In this document: positions 13,421 to 27,975 of the stretch, piece after piece
How positions within the stretch are numbered: position 1 is the stretch's first letter
Layout of the letters: every line of letters starts with the position of its first letter
DNA from: Cycas panzhihuaensis
Lineage: Eukaryota > Plantae > Cycadophyta
Direction: 5' to 3'
NCBI GenBank assembly: GCA_023213395.1
Contig: CM041465.1
Location: 157,611,741 to 157,675,740, forward strand
Length of the DNA stretch: 64,000 nt
Notes under the pieces: generated by a model
Seen by the model: the letters and a program-made list of their open reading frames with translations, nothing else
Told to the model about the DNA's origin: nothing
Databases searched by the model: none
Position numbers and translations under genes: made by a program

Positions 13421-13650
13421 CCTTATAAAAATGTATCCTCCTCCAATCTTATTCGTTCATCTCTCAACTTTCACTGGCAGCCTACCATATGTTTGTCGTG
13501 GTTAGTGTGAATTATCTCAACTCCATCTCTGACTGATTTCATCTTTATTAAAATGCATCCTCCTCCAATCTTATTCCTTAATCTCTTAACTTATACTTGT
13601 AGGCTACCATAAGTTTGCCAAGGTTAGTGTGAATTATCCTAACTCCGTTC
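13421..13650. repeat. Diverged tandem duplication of ~110-120 bp
   Basis: Two copies of aaaatgyatcctcctccaatcttattc...ctaccata...ggttagtgtgaattatc..aactcc at ~13421-13530 and ~13543-13650. Confidence 0.85.
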
Positions 13651-16151
13651 TAGTTCATATGCATGAGTGTCATACATCATGGCATTTTGCTCCCTTGTCT
13701 TTTTGTTTTTGAGGGTTTAATTAGCCTACAACTACTCAATATTATTGATTAAGGGTAAGATTTATAGGGAGCAAGCAAATCATTCACATCCATGTTCTCC
13801 ATCTTTTTCTTCATTTATGAAGAAAAGGATGGAGAACATTGCAGATTTTTTCATTGCAAATTTTCATTAGGCATTTTCAATCTCATTTACACTTTGTCTA
13901 TTAGTAAGACATTCCTCCCAATTTTTGCCTGTATTCTAGGCACGAACCGTATTATATGTGAATTCTATATTATTAATCATTATTCATTTTATGTGAGCAC
14001 CTTGCACCCAATTGACATGTAATAATGGTGATTGTAGAACTTAGAGAGCGCTACCTGACCTTTTGGGATTGTTGAAGAGGCGATGAATGGTGTATTCTCT
14101 TTTGTTATCTCCAAGTAATGAACTGCAATCATGTTACACACGCTCAAATGATTGTACAATGATACGCCTCTCAGCTTATATCAAGGACTTTGTAACTATT
14201 GAAACTTAATTATCTATCTATCTAACTAGCTGACAAATTAATTAATTGACTAACAAACTAACCTAAGTGTACTCTACATATAAGTACAACAGTTTTATAC
14301 ATTACATTATATAATGCCATAATACATGGATGAGTATTTCTCATCACCAACCGGGCACATTATTTTCTATTATCATTGTGGAATATGTTTGACTTCTGTT
14401 ACAATCTCAAATTGCCCACTGATGTTAATTTGGGCCATTGATTAGCCATCGATTCTTTATATTAACTTGCCATTGGTTATAATTGTGCTTCTGTCCATCT
14501 CTCCAATCTTCTCATCCTAGATATTATATTCAAGCAGTAATAAATATCCTTGTTTTGTAATGCTTATCGTAGTTGTTCATTTGCAAATAGGGCTCTTTTT
14601 TGCTGCATAATATCCTCTACCAATTGGATTGCTTATATTAATGGCCGCTTCTTTTAGATAGTTATGAGTAGCTCTTTAATCTATAATATCATAATCTTGT
14701 AGTAGACCAGTCGAAAGTGGAGGGCTAAGTAACAAATAACTTTGAATATTCTGATTAGAGGGACTTACAGAGCCCCTCTGTGAGTGGGAGGCTGACTAAT
14801 AGGGAGGAGAGGTCATAACAAGGCCTCTGTGCAAGCGGTATTGATCAAAATTTTTATAATATTGGTAGGTTGCTACACTTGAGGTTGCATTGATTTAATG
14901 AAGCCACACTTCACAGTATAAATGGAATCTTTTCAAGGTCTCCATGCGGGAAGGTTAGATACACAGACAACTTATTGTGAGTCCTTTGTGAGAAAGCTAA
15001 TATAACACGATCTATTGAGGAGAATGAAGGGACAAAGCATAAACATGAAAATGATTCAACCTGTATTAAAAAAGCTTGAGAAAGGCTAGTACAAAATACA
15101 TAACATGCAATGCAAAGGGAGGAGAATTGCTCTACACTGAAACTTATCTGTAATGCTTTTAGTAGCATAACACTAAACTCCAAAATAATGATGAAATACA
15201 TGAGAAGGAGCTCTCCTTATATAGGAGCTCTTAGATACATAATCGTGACACGTCACATATGCAAAATAGAAGAAAAATCTGAATCGAACTCTCTTTCTAG
15301 GTGCAAAGGATGGTGATAAGTGTCATCCAACAAGATGTTGACAGAAGACATGTGAATAAGTCATTAAAGACAAAATAGATAAAGTTATAATTTGAAAACA
15401 TATAAATGAGCACTTTAGCATAAAGCATAAAGTGCCAAAAAAATGTACATGGTCAAGACTTAACGCTAGAATATGAAGATTTTAACACCCCCCTGAATGT
15501 GTATAACATTAAGTCGAACATAAAGGTTGTCTCTAAAGTTCTTGAATTTTTTTCCGGTAAGTGCTTTGGTGAAGATATTAGTAAGTTGTTGATCTGTTGG
15601 CTTGTAAACGAGGTCAATCTCACCATTTTAGACATGCTCATTGATGAAGTGGTGATGGACCTCAACATGCTTGGTCCACGCATGAAATACAAGATTCCTA
15701 GCAATTTTGAGCACACTCTGATTATCACACTACAATCGAGTTAGTTGTGATTGCTCAAGGCCAAGCTCTCCAAGCCTCTATTTGAGGCAAATAACCTTAC
15801 ATGCTACTTTGACAACAACTTTGTATTTTGCTTCGGTAGAAAAGAGTGACTTCTTGCAACTCTACGAAACAATTTCAGCCCCAAGGTTGAATAAATAACC
15901 TGAGGTAGATTTTTTTCTATCTTGACATGCTGGCCAATTAGAATCAAATAACCCTTCTAGTGTGAAGTTTTTGTTATATGTGTATTGGAGACCGTATTGC
16001 AATGTATCTTTGAGGTATCTGAGGATTCACTTTGCAGCATTCTAGTGTCACTAATTGGGTTGAAACATAAATTTGGAATAGATTTTGACAACATATGAAA
16101 TATCAGGCCTAGTGTTAGTGAGATAAAGGAGATTACCCATTAGCTATCTGA

Positions 16152-19100
16152 TGTAGCAATCCCCCTGATTCTAAAGATATTCTGCCCGACATCTATGCCA
16201 GTTTTTGGCCGACTTTTTAAGTAGTATTCTTTCTAGTATTGCCCCCATTCTAGCTGACTTCCATCATGACAAAGCAATCACCTATATACAGGAATTTGCG
16301 GCCTCATTCCTAGGCATCTCGGTGAAGGTATTGGCTGCCATATTGTCGGCTCTAGGGTTACAATTGTATTGGAGGGAACCTTGTCTCAAAGAGGAAGAAT
16401 TATTAACAGAAGTAATTTTGTAAGTTGTAACTAAGTATTCTTCAGTATTCAACATAATTGTTCATATTTCAAAGAAGTATATTATTCATATTTGTATTCA
16501 ATTCAATAGAAAACATATATTTTTGCATACTTTTCTTCTGTTTTGGCTCTTTTATTTTCGAAAGATCTATTTGTATCGCTTTAAGTGGTATTAGAGCTTC
16601 GTTCCGAAGTGGGAATTTGGAAGTAATCCTTAAAGAATAGGCCCAAAAATTCCTCCCCCCCACTAGGATGGAACTAAGATTAGGGAAAAATCTCCTCCTT
16701 AACAAAATGGTGAATTGGGACAAAATCTTAGCGATGGAAGATAGAATAGATCAGTGGTTGAATCAGTTCAAAGATGCAGAATCAAAAGTTTCCATAGAAG
16801 AAAGAGAATCATCAGGTGAAGATAAAAACTGGGAAAACAATGTCCAAGGGAATGGGTCGCAAAGAGATTCAACAAGATTTAATGGGGCGTGTTATGAATA
16901 ACGAAATTAGAGGAGTTTCCAATCAGATCACAGTTTTACAGGGACTAAGTTTACATTGGAAAAATTTGACCTGGATAAATCAAGAGGCATCCAAAGTTGG
17001 ATATTACAAATGGAAATATACTTTTAGGTGTATGGATTAACTGACAAGGATAGAATATCAACGACATGTCTCCATTTATATGGAAGGGCTTTGAAATGGT
17101 TCCATTGGTGGCAGGAGACCAATACAAGCCTGTTTTTTTAATCATGGGAATATCTAAAAGCATGCCTAATAAGCTAGTATGAAGATTCTTGGAATACCAA
17201 TTATTTTTCTCAATTAACACAATTACAATAAAAATGGATCAGTACAAGAATATATAAAGCAGTTCTGGGCCCTCAAATGCCTAGTCATAGAACGTATCCC
17301 TGTAGAATGCATCATGGAAATGTACATAAGTAGACTCAAAGGACCGATAAGATATTGCATTAAGACAATGGGAGCCGCAAATATTCAGGATGCATAAAAG
17401 CTTGTAAAAAATATTGAAGCAGAGTTTAGGGAGAGTAGACTTGTCTATACATGCAGAAATGAGCCAACTTCATACCAACAATAGGGATCTAATCCAAATT
17501 GGACCAAATCAAGCACAAAGGTAGATCCCCCCCTAACGGTGAAAATACAAACGAGGCAAATGGAACATTTAGACATGAACACCTCAAGAAAGGAATGTGT
17601 TTCAAATGTGGGGGAAAATAGAATAGAGAACATCAATGTCCCACAAAGAAAGTATTTATGATTAACAATGAAGATATGGAAATTCCAGAAGAAGAATAAG
17701 AAGGAGAGGATCAAGGGCTAGGAAATGAGTTCAAAGTAGATGAGCTTTTAAAAGTAGATACTAAAAATGTCCAGATTTCATTATAATAGGCCATCACCAG
17801 ACAAAATGTCACCCCTCAAACACTTGGATTTCAAGGGATCAAAGGAGCTTCGGTCACAATCCTCGTAGACAGTGGTAGCCTTCAAAATTTCATTGACAGG
17901 GCCACAACAAAGAAATTGGGATTATCAGTCCAATCTTTAAACACTTTCCAGGTTTCCATTGTAATGGAAAAACTATGGCATGTGGAGGATATGTCAAAAG
18001 GTGAGCCTGGAGGTTGATTATTTAGTAATCACATGCATGTTTGCGATGCTAATAGGAGGAATAGACGTAGGTTTAGGAATACAATGGCTACAGACTCTGG
18101 GGAATATAGTTACCGACTATAGAACCCAATCATTGTGTTTTTGTCAGAAGGGGCGCAAATATAGATTGCAAGCATTGGCCACACCACCAATATAGTTGGT
18201 GTCATCACATCGTATGGAAACGTTATTAAAGAAAAGTCCAACAACATACATACTAACATGTTATAAAATAGCAGTAGGGGATGTGCCTCTGAAAGTCCAA
18301 AAGATCATAGATGAATATAATTCGGCATTTGAGGAACCACAAGGGCTCCTCCCAAAATGCAAATGCCAACATGCTATTGATCTAGTACCATGAGCAGTTC
18401 TAGTAAATATACGACCTTATCGACATCTATATCATTTAAGGAGGGAAATCAAGAACATCACTTGGGAACATCTGAATCAGGGATATATAACAAATAGTAC
18501 TGGCCCATTCTCATCTCCAGCCGTAATGACTCCTAAAAAGGACAGAGCATACAAAATGTGTGTGGATTATTAGAGATTAAACAAATTGACCATAAAAAAT
18601 CCTTACCTTATTCCTTAGATAGACAATTTATTGGATGAAATACATGGAGCAAGGTACTTTTTGAAAATTGATCTATGATCCGGGTATTATCGGATACGCA
18701 TTAAGGAAGAGGACATATATAAAACCAACTTTTTGCACTCACGAAGGAGTATTTGAATTTAAAGTCATGCCCTTTGGATTATCTAATGTTTCAATAGCTT
18801 TCCAAAGCACCGTGAACTCTATACTCAAACCCTACTTGTAGAAATTTGTACTAGTTTTTTTCGATGATATCTTAATCTACAACAAAACATGGGAAAAACA
18901 TTTGGATCACATCAGGGCAATTTTGTTTATATTACAGAACAACTAGTTTTACACAAATAGAAAGAAATGTACGTTTGGGAGAAAGGAGCTTGAATACTTG
19001 GGTCACATTATCACACAAGAAGGGATTAACGTAGACCCAAAAAAGGTCCAAGCAATCATCGATTGGCTAACTCCCAAGAATATGTTAGGAGTCAGAAGCT

Positions 19101-21343
19101 TCCTAGGAGTAGTAGGATTTGTCAAGAAGTTCTATTGTAGGAGGAGCGACCAATTTCCTACAAAAGTAAGAAATTGAACAACAGGGAAAAGCTCAAACGC
19201 ATTTATGACAAAGAAATGTTGGCAATCATGTATGCTATACACCAGTGGCGACAAATCTGTTAGGAAACAGATTTATTGTCTGAACAAATTATTGTAACCT
19301 TAAGTACTTCTTAAATTAGAAAACATTATCAAATGAACAACAAAAATGGGTCAGTAAGCTCCAAATTTTTGATTTTAGTATTGTTTACAAGAAAGGGAAA
19401 GAAAATGTCATCATGAATGCCTTATCAAGATTACCAGGAGACAACAACGGAGAAGTTTCCCTTAAAGCAATATTAGGTGCCACTCCCAGTTACACCCAAG
19501 AGCTAATCAAAGAATATAAGGACGATTCTACATCGCAAAGAGTGCTAGAGGAAATTTGGGATTAGAAGTCCACAAAATTTGTACTGCAATGAAATCTGAT
19601 TTTAAAGAAGAAAAAAATATTTATCCCAAGTACTTCTAAGATAAAAAGAGTTATATTAGAAGAAGCTTATTCCGTACCAACAAGAGGGCATATAGGGATT
19701 GATAAAACATATCAAATAGTATGGGATTCTTTTTATTGGAAGGGAATGAAAGCATATGTTCTCAAGTTTGTATTTGAGTGTGATTCCTGCCAAAGGAATA
19801 GAAGCAAATGCATCAAAATTCTGGGTCTACTCCAACCATTACACATGCCACCTCAAAAATAGGAAGATATTTCCATGGACTTTATTATCGGACTTCCTAG
19901 ATCAGAAGGGAAGGATGCCATATTTGTTGTAGTCGATAGGTTAATGAAGTACGCTCAACTTCAGGGGAATACCATCAATGACAAAGTCTAACCAAGTAGT
20001 GGAAGTATACATGAAGGAGATACACTGCCTACATGGGCTTCCGAAGATCATAGTAAGCGACCGGGACCGAAAATTCACCAGTCACTTCTAGCAAGATCTG
20101 TTTAGACTAGCAAGTACACAATTAAGCATGAGTACAACTTACCATCCACAAAGAAACGACTAAACAGAAGCAGCAAACAAGTGATCGGAAGGATACTTGC
20201 ATAACTTTTTTTTAGATAAATAACATTTATTGCACAAATGGCTCCATTGGGTAGAATGATTGTATAATACCACCTATCACATAACAACAAAGATGACACC
20301 CTTCCAAGCACTATACGGTTATGAACCATCGTCAATGTTAATGTGGACTAAGGTGTTATAAGTATTGTCGGTCTGCGAATAGCGAGAGCAAGTAGAGTGG
20401 ACAATTCAAAATTTAAAAGATAATTTGAATACAAGAAGGAACAGAATGAAGCAACAAGCGGACTTGAGTAGATCAAAAAGAGCTTCATAGTTGGGGATTG
20501 GGTCTTTTTAAGACTCCAATCTTACAAACAAACATCGTTGAAGCAAACAAATAAGTAAAAGATAACACCGTGGTTTTTTGGACCCTATCAGGTTATTGAA
20601 AAAATCGAGAAGTAGCCTATAGATTAGCTTTACCGTTGGGAAGCAAGATTCACAATGTTTTCCATGTATCTTACGTCAAGAAAAAGATAGGGGAAAATAT
20701 CATGCCACAAACAATAGTTCCAGGATTAGATGAGGAAAGGAAGATTAACGTCGAACTTGAAGGAATTCTCTAGATTTGAACAAAGACATTGTGATCCAAG
20801 AATGTCAAAGAATACCTCATTAAATGGAAAATACTTGATCTAGAAGATTCAACATGGGAATCAAAAGCATGGATCCAACAATATCCCAAATTGCCCATGT
20901 TTTGAGTGCAATGCATGTTTTCAAGGGGTGGGACTTGTAGCAATCCGCCTGATTCTAAAGATATTCTGGCCAACTTCTATGCTAGTTTCTGGTTGATTTC
21001 CTAAGTAGTATTCTTCCCAGTATTGCCCTCATTCAGGCCAACTTCCAAAAGGAGTTTGAGGCCTCATTCCTAGGCATCTTGGTGAAGGTATTGGCTGCCA
21101 TATTTTGGGGTCTAGGGCTACAGTTGTATTGGAGGGAACCTCGCCTCGAAGAGGAAGAATTATCAACAAAAGTAATTTTGTAAGTTGTAACTAAGTATTC
21201 TTCATTATTCAACATAATTGTTCATATTTCAAAGCAGTATATTATTCATATTTGTATTCAATGCAATAGAAAGCATATATTTTTGCATACGTTTCCTCTA
21301 TTTTGGCTCTTTTATTTACGAAAGATCTGTTCGTGTCACTTCA
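16152..21343 (+). mobile_element. Ty3/gypsy chromovirus nested in copia RT (LTRs 16152-16583, 20936-21343)
   Basis: Perfect TSD TCTGA; PBS tggtattagagc at 16586; PPT aaggggtggga. Decayed gag, protease (LVDSG), RT (MCVDY, FFDDILIY), RNase H, integrase and chromodomain (EYLIKWK...STWE). ~200-bp deletion near 19135 relative to the sister copy at 43719. Confidence 0.96.
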
Positions 21344-24300
21344 TCTGAAGAGGGTGGAATCAACAAATTTTGCTTCCTTATTAAGCAACAATTTTGTGCC
21401 CATCTCGTCTCCATAGGGGTCGATGAAGATTTACAATCCTCCATTGTAAAATGCTACAAAATGTCCTAAGTGTACTTGGCTTGGGATATGAAGATGTTGC
21501 TTAGCTGTTGTCATAGCTCCATTCTGAGAAAATAATGAAGAAGTTCAAGACCAGTCATCTCAAAACTTCATTTTAAGTCACCTTGAAGACTTTCAGTCAT
21601 GTCGACATTATTGCCAATAATTATCAAATCATCAACATATAAGATGACAAGAATGACGTGCTGGTGTTGAACCTTGATGTATAAGTTCGAATTTGATGAG
21701 GATCGATATCTCAAGCAATCATTGATTTTGGAGTATCAAGCACGTAGTGCCTGTTTTAGACCATACAAGGCCTTTTTGAGGCAATAGACAAGATGCTCTT
21801 TGCCATGTAAAATGTAACTAGGGTGTTGTTTCAAATAGACCACCTCAGTCAAATTGACATTGAGAAAGGCACTTTTGGCATTCATTTGATACAAAGGCTA
21901 TTTGCATTGATCAGTTAAGGCCATAACCACTGTGAGGGTGTGCATATTAACAACATATGCAAATATTTCATCAGAGCGGCTGCCTTCTTGCTATTTGAAT
22001 GCTTTTGTAATGAGATGGGCCTTATGTTGCTCAATAGTGCCATTAAATTGGAATTTAGTTTTGTAGATCCACTTGCAATTGATGGCCTATTTGCCTACTG
22101 GCAATTTGACTCAAGTTCCATGTGTCATTATGATAAATAGAGTGGATGTCATCTTCCATCATGACTTGCTACTTTTTATTTGTATATGCCTCCTGAAAAG
22201 GGGAAGGCTCTTGAGTGTATTAAGAACTTCAGCCATAAGTGTATAGTTAATAGTAGTTGGTGGGCACATTTTGGATGGGTAGTTGCCTTCAACTATTTGT
22301 ACACCTGCAATGGTCTGCATATACCATTTCGATAAGTACTTCGTCGATGTAGAGGTTACTTCAGAGTCTTGTGATGGTGAAGGTTGTTGAATCTTAGAAG
22401 TTGAACTAGGATTTGATGAAGGAACTAAGGGAGATGACGAGGAAGGAGAAGTAGGTGCTGAAGAATGACATGGTGTAGAAGATGTGTTGAAGGAACAAAA
22501 TCCTCAATAATGGCTTTGCCTTTATCAAGGGAGATTGGAATGGAATTGAGATCCAACTCCTTATTGCCTTCTGCAAAGACAACGTCTGGAGAGATATTCA
22601 TCTTTTTGCCAATAGGATCATATAGTCTGTAGGCTTTGCTGGTAAGTAACATATCTAATAAAGATGCATTTGAGACTTTTGTCATCAAATTTATGTCTTT
22701 GCTCTTGGCGAATATTCATATAAACTGTGCACTCGAAAGTGCAAAGATGGTTGATTGTGTGTTTCTGGCCAATCCAAGCCTCCTTAAGTGTCTTGTTCTA
22801 AACCAATAGTGGAACTTTGATGTGACAAGTAAGCAGTATGGATTGCTTTTGCCTAGTATGAATGAGTGAGACCTTGAGCATGCATCATGGACTTTGTCTT
22901 ATTGATAAGTGTCTTTTTCATTCTTTCTGCCACACCATTCTCTTAGGGCATATAAAGGTCGAAAAATTGGTGTTTGATGCCATTTTGAATACAAAATTGA
23001 TTGAATTTCTTGGACGTGTACTCATCACCATTATGAGATCGAAGAGTCTTGATTTGCATGCTTGACTCATTTTTCACTTCAAGTTTAAATTCTTTAAACT
23101 TGTTAAGTGCTTATGATTTGCATTGGAGATAGTAAACCCACACTTTGTGTGAGTAATCATCAATAAAGGTCTTGAAAAATAAAGCTTTATGAAGTGATTG
23201 TGTGGATGTGTCCAAAAATGTCTAAATGTGCTCTCCAATTATGCGATTTGCGAGATGTTACGTCTAATTTGTACATGCCAGATCCTCATGACCAATAGCA
23301 ACAATTTGGTCTTCTTTAACTCGAAGGATACATTTGCTATCTTTAAACAATATACTCATCTATTGTTTGTCTAATTGACTGACAAAGAGTAGGTTTCTAG
23401 ACATTTTTGGTACAAGAAACGGGTTGCCACTGAGAAATATGAGAGTAGGGTGGTGATCATTAAGAGGTGCAATTGGACCTACACCTAAAATTTTTACAAT
23501 GATGTTGTCTTCAAAAGTCACTATTTCTCCCTTGCTCTCCTATATATCTGTCAACAAATTAGCATCACTCATCATATAATGTGATGTGTCTAAATTGACA
23601 ACCTAGGTGTTGTTGTTTTGACATTCATTATAAGCACAAAAGAGTTTATCACTTTGATTGTGCTACGTTATGTGGCCTTGATAACCACTATGAGTGGTCC
23701 CCTTTGGATTACCATGATGACTACCTCGGAATGCTCTTCGAGTTGGCCTTTGTAGGGGTTGATGCTGCTGCTGTTATTGTTGCTACTTTGTTTCTCCCTA
23801 TATTAAAGCTAGATGTAGCCTGCTTTGCCACAATAATGACAGATGATAGTCTTTGGTTTGGTTAGATTGATGTTAAGGTTGCCAAATTTCTTTTGAAAGT
23901 TTTGTTTGGGTTGAAATGGCTGCTTGCCTTTAGATTTGGTTGTGAAAGCACCTAATATACTTGCCTCATTTTGTTGTAAGTAGATTTCCTCTTTGTAGCA
24001 ATAATCTATCTAACTCATTGAAAGTTAAAATGGATAAGGTGCCATTTTGCAAGATATTTGAGATGAAGTTGTATTCTTTCGGAAGAGTATGAATTGTTGT
24101 AGTAATCAAGTCTTCATTAGAAGTTGGCTTTTCAAGAGCTATTAGTTTGCTTATAGCTTTTACAGAAGTTAGATGAATTGCCATGGGCACAATAAGTTGC
24201 AAGCTAAACAACTTAGTTTTATACATTACAATTCTAGCATCATCTCTTCGTTCATACAATGAAACAATTGTATCCCAAGCTTGTTTAAATGTAGTTGCTA

Positions 24301-24580
24301 ATTCTATATATTGATCAACATTATCATTCATAGACAAATGAATAAATGCAAATGCATCTTCATCTTTTACGTTAAAAGCAACAAGTGCAACGAGAACGGT
24401 ATGAATTAGATTATTTGGATTTGTTGGATCTGGTGTTGGTTCATGTTTGACAATGATGTCAGACACATAGCCCCATAACTCATTAATAACTAACAGATTC
24501 TTTGCTTGTTTCTTTCATGTTAGATAGTTTTCGGTGTCTGTTAACTTAATTATGTTTGCATTAAGCATCTAAGTTGCCAT

Positions 24581-24880
24581 GATGAAAGATTGTAATTGAA
24601 AATGAGCTTGGAAATTGTTGGGCTACATCGCTTAAGTTCCATTCGATATCTCAAAATTTTCAGCACCATGTTGAAAATTATGAAGACAGAATGGAAGAAT
24701 TCACTTGTAAGTCATCCAACCTAATGACTGGGTCATATGTTGGTCAAGTTATCAGAATCAATACGGTTGAGGCAGGGTTCATAGCATTGAGTCTCTGCAC
24801 TTAACATCTTAATCAATGTGCACTAGTCGTACAATTGGTTGGTCCCCTAGGGAATGCACCGAGCTTAATATTTCAGTTTT
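24581..24880 (-). promoter_or_regulatory. Diverged copy of the conserved copia pre-gag leader
   Basis: Reverse complement of 24837-24868 matches 59213-59244 at 31/32 nt; ggaacttaagcg and tttccaag motifs sit in the same positions before the gag ATG. Confidence 0.6.
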
Positions 24881-27800
24881 TGAATTTTTTAAGATGATTA
24901 CGAGTGGGATTAATGCTGCTTTAAAACATGCCTTGGAGGCTTTTTGAGGCTGCTTGAAAAATAATCAAAATGTGACAAACAATTTAAGTGACTTGCTCAA
25001 TTAAGACTTAATGCAGCAATGGACACAACTATGGCCTTAAATGAGGCTTTTAACAGTGTAAACCATAAGATTTTATTGGTTAAAAAAGGCACTTTGTACA
25101 ACCAACATGCACAAAGAAAAATACACTTGGGATTGAAAATGTTCCCACCACACTAAGAAATTTGATTATTTTATTGATTTTATGGTATGCTTGATGCTTT
25201 GGAGTGACACTAGAGTTGTTTTGGGTCACCATGTAGGGAGTCCAATGAGTAAGTGCAATGTAAAATTGCATTTTGAGAGCTAAACAACTTGTAAAAAACA
25301 AGTAGCTAAGGTGCTTGAATCACTTGCAATTTTTTTTTTACAACATTAGTGTGATTAACATACTCAAAAATGAAAAAATAAAGTGATTTGTGTTAAAAAT
25401 TAACATAAGAGAACCAAACTTCAGTAAGCTAAAGTTATAATGATAAAATGAAAATGAGAATATATTGGAGTATATTCTCTATTGTATAACATAAAGTTAT
25501 ATGACTTTTCAGAAATCATTTTTTTTTGTTCACGAATTGTGGCAACGACGACTTCATGTCCGAAATCAATTTGATCACATTGTGAAATGAAGTCCAACAG
25601 TATGATGATGATGATGGGAGATTGGTTGAAGGAATCAACTCTTAATTTGTTTTGATTTTCTCTTGTGGTGGGTACGATATGTGGGGGAGTGGTGGATGGC
25701 TGCTTGAGTTACCAAGTTTGTGCACGAGTTTGTAGGTCCTGGATTCTCCATAGAGGTTGCAAAAGGGCACACGTTCTTTTGAAGTACTTGTTACCAATGT
25801 GATAGCAGGTTGCAATAGAGTTGAGGAGCACACATGAGCTGTGAGTGGGAGTCGCTTAATTGTTTCTAGCCCACCACAGAGCTGGTCAAGGTTGTAAGGA
25901 TGATTGGCTTAAGACTTGATTATAGGAGCAAGCACCAACTCCACAGAAACATCACCAACAACTATCCAACTTAGTAGAGCTGCCATGGTTTGTGACTATT
26001 GTCTAGCAAGTGTGCAAATTGAGAGTGCAGTGACAAGTAGAGTTTTGATACCAATCAACCAAAATTTTTTTGTTTTTAAAGTTTTTAAAGCACAAAGCCT
26101 AAAGCCTGCACACAAAGAAGGGTACATATGTACTGCAACTTAAAAACACCCTATGAGTCACTAAAAAACGAGGAAGAATAGCATTTTTTGCATATAAACC
26201 CCCTCCTCTATTTTTCCCCCCCCAAAAGATGGCAATCAAGTGTAAAACATTTTTGTGCTTTTTACTGCATATTTAAATTGCAAAAAAATGCAATTTTTTT
26301 AATATGCAACCTCTTTATAAAATCAACAAAATGAGTTATAGTTGGGTCAATATTAAACCAACTTAAAGCTTGTAAACAAATTTTTTAAAAACCAATATAA
26401 CTTGGTTAGTACAACTCTCTCAAAGCTTTGTTAGAAAACTTGACGAGAAAGCTCTCAAAACTTGTCAACAAGAAATGTGAGAACAAAGTTTTTTTAACAT
26501 TAAAAAATTACTTTTAAAATTAGAACCTTGAATAAACCTGAACAAATTTCTCTGTGGATTGCCTTTGTAGGGTGAAGGTCGTCACCAAAGCAAAAGATCC
26601 AACACATACTTCAGCTCCTCAAGACCACTCTGATACCAAAATGGGAAAGCTAATATAGTAGGATCTATTAAGGAGAATAAAGGGACAAAGCATAAATATG
26701 AAATGGTCTAAGTTGTATTAAAAATTTTGATAAAGACTAATACAAAATACATAACATGAAATGCAAAGGGAGGAGACGTGCTCTACGCTTAACCTATCTG
26801 CAATGCTTTTAGCAGCATAACACTAAACTCTAGAACTATGATGAAATACATGAGAAGGAGTTATCTTTATATAAGAGTTCCTAGTTACAGGTTTGTGACA
26901 TGCTATTGACCCAAAATAGAAAAAATATTTGAATAGAATTCTCTTTCTTAGGTGCAAAGGATGGCGACGAGTGTCATCCATCAATATGTTGATTTGTTTA
27001 CATATGACATGTGAATAAGTGACTAAAGACAAACTAGATAAAGTGGCAATTTAAAAACATACAAAGGAGCACTTTAGTATAAAACATAAGTGCCAAGAAT
27101 AAAATGTACATGGTCTAGACTTAATGGTAGAACATGAAGATTCTAATAATTTGCAACACCTTTTGAGAATTTCTTTTTAAAGATCTGTTCGATGAAACAT
27201 TTCAAAGAAGGCTATACTTTCTAGCTAGATGGTATGTTGCAAAATGGTTTTCCTTTCTAGCTAGGGCTTCTATAGTTAGTCAAGCAGATGATGGTCATTC
27301 TTTTTGTCTCATGTTTTGGATACATGTGATATTACACATTAGGCAATGTCTTCAAAGGGTAACAATGTCTATCCCAATTATATGTGCAACTATGTATTTG
27401 ATTACATATTATATATTATATAGTAATAATAATAAATTTTCGTGTAAGCCAACCTTTTCATTTTGATCACCATTGATTGATTTTGTGATGTTAGCAAATG
27501 CCTACACACACATCCACCCACCTGCATGTGGTAGATAATTGCCATAATAATGCTCCATTAATGATGCTTTACATGGTCAAATTCGATTTATTGGTGTGAT
27601 ATGGCATGGTACGATAAGATATTACAATATTATCAGATCAATCTTTGCCCACTTTTTCCTTTTTTAACCTTTCTAATACATATAAATATTCTACATAGTT
27701 AGTATAGATTAAAGGAATGTTATAGATTTGAATACTAGATTGTACTATCTTGTGTTATATTATGAGCATCATTAATCATGAAGGGGTAGATGGATGTGAT

Positions 27801-27926
27801 ATATGTTTTTGCTTTTATATAGACACACATGGTATACAAATATTATATAATATTGTATAATAGGGTACAATATTATATTATTAGATTGACCTTTTTCATG
27901 GGAGGACATGTTATGCTTTCTTTTCT

Positions 27927-27961
<35 letters not shown>

Positions 27962-27975
27962 GTATGTATGAATGA
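27927..27975. repeat. Compound microsatellite (TA)n(TGTA)n(TGAA)n
   Basis: Seen directly. Confidence 0.95.

Larger units (their letters stand above)
14989..27148 (-). mobile_element. Old Ty1/copia element (LTRs 14989-15487 and 26642-27148) interrupted by a nested gypsy
   Basis: Matching ~500-bp LTRs; reverse PBS actctgatacca at 26627-26638; reverse PPT after 15487; TSD ctttg/atttg. Gag starts at 24580 (MAT*MLNANIIKL; ORF 23966-24466). Integrase and RT lie at 21349-23600, RNase H at 15500-16150. Confidence 0.93.

Noticed and set aside
14033-14278. Possible solo LTR (tgtaga...tctaca)
   Set aside because: Flanks gtgat/tataa give no TSD and there is no second copy in the window; plausible but unsupported.
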